Shown piece after piece: positions 56,174-64,000 of a stretch of 64,000 bases of DNA (positions are counted from its first letter, which is position 1; each line of letters begins with the position of its first letter). This DNA comes from an uncultured virus (IMG/VR IMGVR_UViG_3300024352_000021) (taxonomy: Duplodnaviria > Heunggongvirae > Uroviricota > Caudoviricetes): the IMG/VR virus record IMGVR_UViG_3300024352_000021; one strand, given 5' to 3'. The position numbers and the translations under genes were made by a program. The notes beneath the pieces were generated by a model that worked only from the letters and a program-made list of their open reading frames with translations, did not search any database and had not been told where the DNA came from.

Positions 56174-56438
56174 GTATCGCGGCGAAAAATTTGACGGCTA
56201 CAACAAACCAAAACGCACCCCAAAACACCCCACTAAATCACACGTAGTCCTCGCAAAAGAAGGCGACCAAGTAAAACTAATCCGCTTCGGCCAACAAGGC
56301 GTCTCTGGATCCCCCAAGAAGGCCGGCGAAAGCGAAGCCGACCGCAAACGCCGCGAGGCGTTCCTTGCTAGGCACGCCGCTAACATAAAGAAGGGCAAAA
56401 TGTCTGCCGCTTTCTGGGCGGCACGCGAAAAATGGTAG
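56166..56438 (+). CDS. Basic hypothetical protein
   Basis: GYNKPKRTP.HPTKSHVVLAK..KLIRFGQQG; absent from copy 1. Confidence 0.7.
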   Translation: MIEYRGEKFDGYNKPKRTPKHPTKSHVVLAKEGDQVKLIRFGQQGVSGSPKKAGESEADRKRREAFLARHAANIKKGKMSAAFWAAREKW

Positions 56439-56442
56439 CTAA

Positions 56443-57951
56443 ATGACCTACTCAGTTCCCGGTCGCATCCGCACCCATCTAGTCAGTTCCACCTACATGG
56501 GTGGTTCTGACAACCCCTTCACGCGCACCGCCGCCGTGATGGACCAGATGAAGGGCTGGGAAATCATGAAAGCGGTGACACTCGGCACCGAGTATCTCCG
56601 CGAGAACAGCGAAGCCTTCCTCCCCCTGGAACCCCGAGAGGATTACACCGCCTATTTAGCCCGCGTAAACCGCGCCGTATTTTCTCCTTACACGCAACGT
56701 CTCATCCGCGCAGCAGCCGGCCTGATCCTGCGCAAACCGATCACTCTTGAAGGCGACCCCTACTGGAGCGAGGTCTTCGCCAAGAACGTAGACGGCTGCG
56801 GCTCTGACCTAGACGAATACGCCCGCCGCAACCTGATTTGCGCACTGACCTACGGCCACTGCCACACGCTGGTTGATTTCCCAGCGCCGACAGACGCCCG
56901 CAGCCTTGCGGAAGAACGCGCCTTGGGCCGCCGCCCCTACTGGATCGAAGTAGACCCCGCCAACGTCTACGGCTGGCGCCTGGACCGCGAAGTCAACTAC
57001 GGCAACCTGATCCAAGTCCGCATCGCAGAAAAAGCTGTTCTCCCCGAAGGCGAGTTCGGCGAAGCGGTGTACGACCAAGTCCGCGTGATCGAACCGGGCC
57101 GTTACCGCATCTACCGCCAGACCGAAACCAAGAAGATCCAAGCCGGCGGCTTCCCTTACCCCAACAGCTTCGACGCCACCAGCAGCACCTCCGACTACGA
57201 ACTGGTCGAATCGGGCGCCTACAGCTTGGGCGAAATCCCCCTCGTCACGCTGTATTCAAACAAGGTCGACACGCTCGTCAGCAAGCCCCCACTGCTGGAC
57301 ATTGCCTACCTCAACCTGGCGCACTTCCAGCGCCAAGCCGACCTCATCCACAGCCTCCACATCGCCTCCCAGCCAATGCTCGTCCTTGAGGGCTGGGACG
57401 ACCAGACCAAGGACCTGGCGGTGAGTGTGAACTACGGCATCGCCACCCAACCGGGCAACAAGATCTACTACGTGGAGCCTGCGGCCAACGCATTTGAAGC
57501 CCAAACCAACGAAATCCGCGAGTTGCAGCAGCAGATGGCAACGCTCGGCATTAGCACGCTGAGCCAGCAGAAATTCGTCGCCGAATCCGCCGACGCCCGC
57601 CGCTTGGACCGCGTGGACACCAACTCCATGCTGTCCATGGTTTCAATGGACCTCCAGCAAACCCTGCAGCAATCCTTCAATCTGGCTGCCCGCTACCTCC
57701 AGCTGGAACCTCCGAAGGTCTATATCAGCCGCGACTTCGACATTGACCGCCTGATCGGCCAAGACATTACGGCGCTGACCTCCTTGTTCGCGCAGCAGGT
57801 GATCGACCGAGAGGAATTCCGCGACATTCTCCGCCAAGGCGAAATCCTAAGCACTGGCACTATGTCCCACAACGACGACGACGAGCAGCTGGAACCTGCC
57901 GAATCCGCCGAAGAAGAATCTATGGAAGAAGAACAGGAAGATCTCACCTAA
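56443..57951 (+). CDS. Portal protein, copy 2
   Basis: FLPLEPRE, PPLLDIAYLNLAHFQRQAD. Confidence 0.85.
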   Translation: MTYSVPGRIRTHLVSSTYMGGSDNPFTRTAAVMDQMKGWEIMKAVTLGTEYLRENSEAFLPLEPREDYTAYLARVNRAVFSPYTQRLIRAAAGLILRKPITLEGDPYWSEVFAKNVDGCGSDLDEYARRNLICALTYGHCHTLVDFPAPTDARSLAEERALGRRPYWIEVDPANVYGWRLDREVNYGNLIQVRIAEKAVLPEGEFGEAVYDQVRVIEPGRYRIYRQTETKKIQAGGFPYPNSFDATSSTSDYELVESGAYSLGEIPLVTLYSNKVDTLVSKPPLLDIAYLNLAHFQRQADLIHSLHIASQPMLVLEGWDDQTKDLAVSVNYGIATQPGNKIYYVEPAANAFEAQTNEIRELQQQMATLGISTLSQQKFVAESADARRLDRVDTNSMLSMVSMDLQQTLQQSFNLAARYLQLEPPKVYISRDFDIDRLIGQDITALTSLFAQQVIDREEFRDILRQGEILSTGTMSHNDDDEQLEPAESAEEESMEEEQEDLT

Positions 57952-57994
57952 TTCTTCTGTTCTATACTAGAACGGTCCTACCCGTTATCCGCCG

Positions 57995-58183
57995 GTGAAA
58001 AGCCTGGATTACGTGCAGCAACCGGACGGCAGTTTCCGCTGGGAAATGGTCGAACTGGATGAGATTGCACGCGCCCGCGATGCAGCCGCAGCCCCTGCAC
58101 CCGAAGAACCCAAGCCTGCCCGCCCCAAACGCCGCAGCGCCATCGAAGAAACCATTTCCCAAACCGCTGAGTACGAATTTTGA
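57995..58183 (+). CDS. Hypothetical protein
   Basis: Between portal and scaffold; copy 2 only. Confidence 0.5.
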   Translation: MKSLDYVQQPDGSFRWEMVELDEIARARDAAAAPAPEEPKPARPKRRSAIEETISQTAEYEF

Positions 58184-58185
58184 GC

Positions 58186-58908
58186 ATGGAAGAGCAAGTC
58201 ATCCAGGAGACACCCGTGGTGACTCCTGCCCAGCCCGTGGCTGGAGCCGACACCGCTCCCCAACCTGACAATTCAGCCGCCCTCAAAGCGGAATACGAAA
58301 GTCAGCTTGCTGCGTTGAAAGCACAGGCCGTCGAAGCCGAGGAAAAATTCCAAGGTATCAAGGCCAAACTCGACGAGGTCTACAAGAAGCAGGACGACCA
58401 GCGCAAGAAAACGCTGGAAGACCAAGGCCAATGGAAAGACCTCTGGGAGGAAGCCAACAAGACCGCCCAAGAAAAAGACCAAGTCATCACTGACCTCCAC
58501 CGCCAGCTGGAGGACCTGCGTACATCCAACGAACAAGCCGCCGTAAAAACAACCGCTCTCTCGGCAATCAGCCAGGCTGGAGCAATTAACGCAGAGCAAA
58601 TGCTCCAGTTGTTGCAAAACAACCTGCGTAAAAACGACAGCGGCAGTGTCGTTGTCCTCAACGGCGGCGTCGAACAGGACATCAACACCTACCTCGCCAA
58701 CCTAAAGAATCCCGGCTCGGGATTCGAGCACCATTTCAAACCAAGCAGCGCCGCTGGAATGGGTGCCAAACCGACACCTAATTCCACGATTGCCCCTGGA
58801 ATGGCTAACCCATGGAAGGAAGGTAGTATTAACTTAACGAGGCAAATGGCCTTGGAAGCCTCCGACCCTGATCTCGCAGCCGTGCTGAAGAGAGAAGCGG
58901 GCCGGTAA
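58186..58908 (+). CDS. Capsid scaffolding protein, copy 2
   Basis: NLKNPGSG.EHHF and NPW shared with 10840. Confidence 0.75.
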   Translation: MEEQVIQETPVVTPAQPVAGADTAPQPDNSAALKAEYESQLAALKAQAVEAEEKFQGIKAKLDEVYKKQDDQRKKTLEDQGQWKDLWEEANKTAQEKDQVITDLHRQLEDLRTSNEQAAVKTTALSAISQAGAINAEQMLQLLQNNLRKNDSGSVVVLNGGVEQDINTYLANLKNPGSGFEHHFKPSSAAGMGAKPTPNSTIAPGMANPWKEGSINLTRQMALEASDPDLAAVLKREAGR

Positions 58909-58977
58909 GTCCCCGTGGGACACCCCCAACTCAGGTCTGTGACTTGAACCCCCACCCACCAACCTGGAGATCTTGAA

Positions 58978-60057
58978 GTGGCCGCACCATTTCAGAACTA
59001 TTCGGGCGGTGTCCTTCTCGCGGACATCGTCAAGCGCAATAATCTCAGCACCTACGTGTCTGAGGCGATCAAGGATCGCAGCCTCTTCCTGAAGAGCGGC
59101 GCCGTTGTTCGCAACTCCCTGCTGGATGCCCGCGAAGGCGGCACCCGCATCCAAGTGCCCGAGTTCAACCCCGTGGCTCCCACCGAGGAGATCATGAACG
59201 GGACGGCCACCTGGGGCACCAGCAACGCCGGCTATCTGACCCCTCAGAAGATCGGCACCGCCACCCAGATCGCCACCATCTGCCATCGCGGTTTTGCGTA
59301 TGCAGTGGACGACGTTGCGATGCTCGCCGCTGGGGAAGACCCCATGCTGCACATCCGCAACCAACTCGCCGACGCGATCAACAAACTGAACAGCGCCCGC
59401 CTGTTCAGCCAACTGGCTGGTCTGTTTGGCACCGCTCTCAGCGCTAACGCACTGGACCTCGGCGTCGCTGCTGCCTCCGGCGCAGCCGAAGCCAACTTCC
59501 TGACTGGTGCGTCTGTGGCTCGTGCCCGCAACCTGCTGGGTGAGCGCGGCGACGAACTGGACACCCTGGTGGTTCACCCCTCGGTGGGCTTCTACCTGTA
59601 CCAGGTCGGTCTCCTGACCTTCTCGACCTCTGCCCTGGCCGCCTCTGGCGCCGTGGTGTGGGGCGGCGGCGGTGTGGGCGTTGGTGCCCGCGCCATCGGC
59701 GAGTTTGCCGGCTGCCGCGTGATCATGGATCCCCTGGTCAACACCGTTGCCCCTGGCACGGCTGGCCACCAGCGCGAGTTCTACTGCTATCTCACCAAGT
59801 CGGGCACCATCCTGGAAGGTGTGCAGCAGGACCTCCGCATCGAGGCCGACCGCAACATTCTGTCCAAGCAGGACGTGCTCTCGGTGGATTACCACGGCGC
59901 CTACCACGTGATGGGCACCAAGTGGGGCGACGCTGGCGACAACCCGACCAACGCCGCACTGGCCACCGCCGGCAACTGGACTGCCACCTACGACATTGAC
60001 CTGATCCCCCTGGTTCAGCTCACCGTCAACAGCCCCCTCGACACCAGCACCATCTGA
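58978..60057 (+). CDS. Major capsid protein, copy 2
   Basis: Diverged homolog of 11595-12701. Confidence 0.85.
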   Translation: MAAPFQNYSGGVLLADIVKRNNLSTYVSEAIKDRSLFLKSGAVVRNSLLDAREGGTRIQVPEFNPVAPTEEIMNGTATWGTSNAGYLTPQKIGTATQIATICHRGFAYAVDDVAMLAAGEDPMLHIRNQLADAINKLNSARLFSQLAGLFGTALSANALDLGVAAASGAAEANFLTGASVARARNLLGERGDELDTLVVHPSVGFYLYQVGLLTFSTSALAASGAVVWGGGGVGVGARAIGEFAGCRVIMDPLVNTVAPGTAGHQREFYCYLTKSGTILEGVQQDLRIEADRNILSKQDVLSVDYHGAYHVMGTKWGDAGDNPTNAALATAGNWTATYDIDLIPLVQLTVNSPLDTSTI

Positions 60058-60078
60058 TAATCAGAGTGCGTGTGAATC

Positions 60079-60104
60079 GGCCCCACCTCCGGGTGGGGCT
60101 TTTT
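60079..60104 (+). terminator. Intrinsic terminator
   Basis: gccccacc-tccg-ggtggggc then T run. Confidence 0.85.
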
Positions 60105-60143
60105 CATTGCCGCTACACTGAGACAAAAGCTCTGTAAGTAACT

Positions 60144-60674
60144 GTGCCAGCCGCAATCAACGCTACTTTGAGCAGCGCGACGGCCAACAGTTACGTGACG
60201 CTGGCTGACGCAAACACCTATTTCGAGACCGTCCCCAACTCCTCAACATGGACGGACAAGACCGACGACCAGAAAAACCGCGCTCTAATCAGCGCCACCC
60301 GCTGGATCGACAGCCTGAACTTCCTCGGCGACCGCTGCGACAACGGCCAAGCCCTTAAGTGGCCCCGCAATAACTACGAAATCGACCGCGTGGAGCTGAC
60401 CTGCAGCGTCATCCCCGCCGACATTAAGTACGCCACCTACGAGCTGGCACGCGCCCTCGCCAACGACACCGACGCGATCACCAACACCGAAAGCGACCCT
60501 GACGAGCTGTACCAAGAAGTCACCCTCGGCGACCTCAAGGTCCGCTACAAGGACGACAAGACCAACAACGTCATCAACAACGTCTTCGACGTTTATCCCT
60601 GGCTCCAGTCATACCTGGGCGCCTACACGCTGGGTGGCGCGAACGGCTACCAGATCCGCGTGATGCGAGGTTGA
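60144..60674 (+). CDS. Head-tail adaptor, copy 2
   Basis: Homolog of 13732. Confidence 0.75.
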   Translation: MPAAINATLSSATANSYVTLADANTYFETVPNSSTWTDKTDDQKNRALISATRWIDSLNFLGDRCDNGQALKWPRNNYEIDRVELTCSVIPADIKYATYELARALANDTDAITNTESDPDELYQEVTLGDLKVRYKDDKTNNVINNVFDVYPWLQSYLGAYTLGGANGYQIRVMRG

Positions 60675-60675
60675 T

Positions 60676-61053
60676 ATGAGCCTTGTAGATACCACTTTTG
60701 CCGCCATCCCGGCCCGCCTCCTAGCGGACTGGGGCCAAAACATCACCTATCTCAAATCCAACGCCACCCCCACCTACAACGCAACCACCGGCACCGTCAC
60801 TGGAGCGGACACCAGCCTCACCGTTCGCGCCCTGATCTTCGAGGCCAAACCCGAAGAATTTGAGGGCGCCTACCAAACCACCGATCTCAAGGTGATCATC
60901 GGCAACGCCGAGCTTGGTACATACGTTCCAAGCGTCCGCGACCGTATCCAGTACAGCCAAAACGGATCGACCAAAACGGGGCGCATCATCATGTGCAAAA
61001 CCTCCCGTGGCGAAAACCCGGTTGTCCACTCGATCCTCCTGAGGCCCCAATAA
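60676..61053 (+). CDS. Head closure protein, copy 2
   Basis: Homolog of 14264. Confidence 0.65.
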   Translation: MSLVDTTFAAIPARLLADWGQNITYLKSNATPTYNATTGTVTGADTSLTVRALIFEAKPEEFEGAYQTTDLKVIIGNAELGTYVPSVRDRIQYSQNGSTKTGRIIMCKTSRGENPVVHSILLRPQ

Positions 61054-61571
61054 TGGCCCGCGATATTAAATTCTTAGTAAAAGACATCGAAGACGCTACT
61101 CGCAGAGCTGCACAATCAGCTGCCGTTCAAATAATGAACGGTTTAGCAAAGGCCGGGCCAGCTTATACAGGCAAGTTTTCTTCCGCCTGGTACGCCGTAC
61201 CCAAAGGTTCAAGTGTCGGAGGCCCTAGAGGTTCTGGACGTATATACACATACACAAAGCGAAATGTACCATTGGCCCGATTTAAAGCCGGAACTTGGTA
61301 CGAAATAAAAAATGGCTCAGATTATGCCGCTGAAGCTATGGACCTAGTGCCGTATATACCAGAGGTATTTAGGCGTCAAGCTCCTGTAAAGCCTCAGCAG
61401 TACGGTTCTAGACCTGAAGGCGGTCGTAGAGGTGAGGTAAGTGGATCTGGCGGTAATACGAGCACTGCTCCTCTGGACTGGTGGGCTCGGTACAATGCAG
61501 CAGGTCAGCTACAGGCCGACTTAGCGCAAGGTTTCCGTGCCGGGTTCGGTTCAGCCAAAGGATTCGGGTAA
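61053..61571 (+). CDS. Neck protein, copy 2
   Basis: GPAYTGKFSSAW and STAPLDW shared with 14641. Confidence 0.55.
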   Translation: MARDIKFLVKDIEDATRRAAQSAAVQIMNGLAKAGPAYTGKFSSAWYAVPKGSSVGGPRGSGRIYTYTKRNVPLARFKAGTWYEIKNGSDYAAEAMDLVPYIPEVFRRQAPVKPQQYGSRPEGGRRGEVSGSGGNTSTAPLDWWARYNAAGQLQADLAQGFRAGFGSAKGFG

Positions 61572-62038
61572 TGAACTACCAAGCCGTCCGTGCCGTTTTT
61601 GAGTCGCCGCTACTTTCGGCGTACAACAACTTGACCCCGCCTGTACCTGTTTACTTCGACAACGTGATGAACGACGACGCAGATAGCGCCGAAGAGTTCG
61701 TTCACGTCAATATCCAGTTCGGCCTTACCACCGAACTGGCACTTACTACAAACCCGGACAACATCCGAGGTGTCATTGTCATCCGCACTTACACACCAAA
61801 GGATCGCGGTCCTTCCCGCAACCAGACCCTGGTGAATGTAGCCGCGACAGTCCTTCAGACAATCAACGCCACCGCTAAACCAGCGACAGGCGTTTATGCC
61901 CGTACCGGCCCTATCGACGGCCCTACATTTAGCCCCAGTTTCGGCGGCACTACCCCAGATCAACAATCCCGTCGTGCATTTACGCCATTTTTTATCTCAA
62001 GAATTGAAGCAGGATTCCAGGCACAAGTGCTCTCTTAA
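61571..62038 (+). CDS. Tail terminator protein, copy 2
   Basis: Homolog of 15186. Confidence 0.6.
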   Translation: MNYQAVRAVFESPLLSAYNNLTPPVPVYFDNVMNDDADSAEEFVHVNIQFGLTTELALTTNPDNIRGVIVIRTYTPKDRGPSRNQTLVNVAATVLQTINATAKPATGVYARTGPIDGPTFSPSFGGTTPDQQSRRAFTPFFISRIEAGFQAQVLS

Positions 62039-62114
62039 TAACTAACAGCACTGGCGCTAACCTGTATTAAGCCGGGCTGTGCCCGCAACATTGTCCACCA
62101 CTAGGTAACTACCG

Positions 62115-62882
62115 ATGGCCACCGTTCTGTCGGGCACCTCCGGCGCCCTCTACTACTCCCCTGCTGGCACTACCGCCACGTTCGGCGAATCCGACGTGAA
62201 TGACACCACTGATGTCATCACGATCGACACCTACCTGAACCTCAAGGTCGGCGACCCTGTGAAGTTCAGCATCGTCAACACCGAAACTGGCGCTGCTGGT
62301 ACCGGCACCCTGCCCGCCGGATTGTCTGCAGGCACCACCTACTACGTGATCGGCTACACCGCCGCCACTGGCGCACTGACTGTTTCCGCCACCCTGGGCG
62401 GTTCTTCGGTTGCGATCACCGATAACGGCACTGCTGTTTCCCCCAACGCCTTCAAAGTTGCTTACGCCGCCCCCGCCGCTGTGGGTTCCGTGCGTGAGTG
62501 GAGCTTTGAAATCACCCGCTCCGAGATCGACGTGACCACCATTGGTCAGACTCTCGGCCAGTACGCTCCTTTCCGCAGCTACATCACCGGCTTCGCCGAT
62601 GGTTCTGGCTCGGCCACCGTTTACACCACCGACGACGACACCAACCTGTCTAACCGGATGGTGGAAGACGTGCTGCAGCGCCAGCAAGTGGGCGCCACGA
62701 TGAAGCTCTACATCGACCGCGTTGTGAGCGGCGGCACTGTGGACGACACCCTGAGCCGTTCGATCACCGTCCCCGTGATCCTGACCTCGGCCAGCCTCAC
62801 CGTGAACCCTGACGACGGCCAGAGCGTGGAAATCGCTTTCCGCCCCAGTGACACCCCCACCTTCGACCTCACCAAGTCCTGA
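62115..62882 (+). CDS. Major tail tube protein, copy 2
   Basis: Homolog of 15694. Confidence 0.8.
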   Translation: MATVLSGTSGALYYSPAGTTATFGESDVNDTTDVITIDTYLNLKVGDPVKFSIVNTETGAAGTGTLPAGLSAGTTYYVIGYTAATGALTVSATLGGSSVAITDNGTAVSPNAFKVAYAAPAAVGSVREWSFEITRSEIDVTTIGQTLGQYAPFRSYITGFADGSGSATVYTTDDDTNLSNRMVEDVLQRQQVGATMKLYIDRVVSGGTVDDTLSRSITVPVILTSASLTVNPDDGQSVEIAFRPSDTPTFDLTKS

Positions 62883-62984
62883 TACGCTGCTACAGCAGTC
62901 AGTTCAGCAACCCCCAGCTCCTAACCGGGCTGGGGTTTTTCTTTTCTAGTCCGCTACACTATTGCCGTAACAGGCTGCCGATTT

Positions 62985-63335
62985 ATGCCCACCCCAACTC
63001 AAATGAGTGCCCTGGATCGCCTGCGCAAAGCAGCGAATCTGGAGCCCTCGAAAAAAGAAGTTGAGCTTAGCGATGGCTCCATCTTCGAGATGTGGGTCAC
63101 GCCTCTGACGATGGCTGAGCGCGAACGCGCCCAGAAACAAGCCAAATCAGACGATGCCACTGCCTTTGCCCTGCAGCTGCTGATCTCAAAAGCCTGCGAC
63201 GAAAGTGGGCAGAAGATGTTCAAGATCGGCGAAATCGACATCCTCAAGAACGAAGTTAAGGACAAGGATCTCCAGTCGCTGATGCTGGCAATTCTGACCG
63301 ACGACTCGGACCAGCTCGACAACAAAAGCGCTTGA
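62985..63335 (+). CDS. Tail assembly chaperone, copy 2
   Basis: Homolog of 16561. Confidence 0.75.
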   Translation: MPTPTQMSALDRLRKAANLEPSKKEVELSDGSIFEMWVTPLTMAERERAQKQAKSDDATAFALQLLISKACDESGQKMFKIGEIDILKNEVKDKDLQSLMLAILTDDSDQLDNKSA

Positions 63336-63519
63336 GCGCGAGCTGGAGAAAGACAGCTACGTCTTCCTGCAGTTTTACGTCGCTAAGGAGTTGGGCATGA
63401 CGCTGAGCGAACTCCGCTCCCGCATGACCGACATGGAACTACTCGGCTGGAACGCTTACTTCACCGTTCGAGCCGAACAAGAGCGCAAAGCCTACGAATC
63501 CGCCAAACGCCGCCGCTAA
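63325..63519 (+). CDS. Tail chaperone extension, +1 frame
   Basis: KALERELEKDSYVFLQFYVAKELGMTL..KRRR. Confidence 0.65.
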   Translation, partial: KALERELEKDSYVFLQFYVAKELGMTLSELRSRMTDMELLGWNAYFTVRAEQERKAYESAKRRR

Positions 63520-63569
63520 CCCCGGCGGCTTTTTGCCGTCTACACTGGTGAAACGAACCAGGCAGTGCT

Positions 63570-64000
63570 GTGGCCAGTTACGACGCAGTAGTAAACCTAA
63601 ACGTAGTCGGCACTAACCGTCTGGAGCGTGTAAACGCAGCTGTAGGACAACTTAACGATTTAACTAGACAATTAAACAGTAATTTTAATCTGCTTGCTCC
63701 CGGAGGCGGCAAGCTCGGCGATAAATTACGACAAGCATTTGAACCAATTAGTAATTTTGCTCGTGAAGCCTCTAATGGAACAGCTAAATTAGCGAATACG
63801 CTTGCCGGAGCTGCTGCACAAGCTCAAGTATTTGCCACAGTTCTAGATAATGTAAAAATCCAAGCCGGAGGGTTAAGCGCACAAGAGGCGAGAGTAAAAA
63901 ACCTTAGTGCTGCGTGGTTAGAGACGACATTAAATGCTCAGCGTTATCAAAAAATACAAGACGAACTTAAAGCAAGCCAGCTTGCTGCTAAAGGCTTAAT
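63570..64000 (+). CDS. Tape measure protein, copy 2 (5' part)
   Basis: GTG start MASYDAVVNLNVVG; position; open to the window end. Confidence 0.75.
   Translation, partial: MASYDAVVNLNVVGTNRLERVNAAVGQLNDLTRQLNSNFNLLAPGGGKLGDKLRQAFEPISNFAREASNGTAKLANTLAGAAAQAQVFATVLDNVKIQAGGLSAQEARVKNLSAAWLETTLNAQRYQKIQDELKASQLAAKGL

Noticed and set aside
58834..59907. Long antisense ORFs over capsid, tail tube, polymerase and terL genes
   Set aside because: Shadow ORFs expected from GC-rich biased codon usage; no recognisable motifs.
1..64000. Integrated tandem prophages
   Set aside because: No integrase, att-like sites or host genes in the window.

Overview
The window is tailed-phage (siphovirus-like) DNA, probably from a freshwater picocyanobacterial phage lineage (inference from gene content; no database search possible). 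It holds about 1.37 genome equivalents. One complete ~46.7 kb gene set is present: SSB-like, exonuclease, early island, terS/terL, portal, scaffold, capsid, neck, tail tube, chaperones, tape measure, tail tip, fibres, lysis, then on the minus strand family A DNA polymerase, dCTP deaminase, a small-ORF island and primase-helicase. A syntenic but clearly diverged second copy of the first ~17 kb follows. This is either two related phages joined through a near-identical segment (chimeric assembly or recombinant heteroconcatemer) or a real duplication. Comparing the copies exposes conserved non-coding signals: a dense strand-polarised TGGAGCG cluster, GCCATTCAT iteron-like repeats, a pas-like 17-mer, compact TTGAC-N6-8-TAGnnT promoters, NGT-triloop leader hairpins, and a conserved hairpin ahead of HNH genes. 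Other highlights: a pseudoknotted small-RNA candidate next to an HNH gene with a displaced partial copy on its other side; an array of paralogous small ORFs with constant ends and variable middles; six HNH-type genes, several next to synonymously recoded patches; and two divergent genes sharing one CATG start. No integrase, tRNA, CRISPR array or reverse transcriptase was seen.
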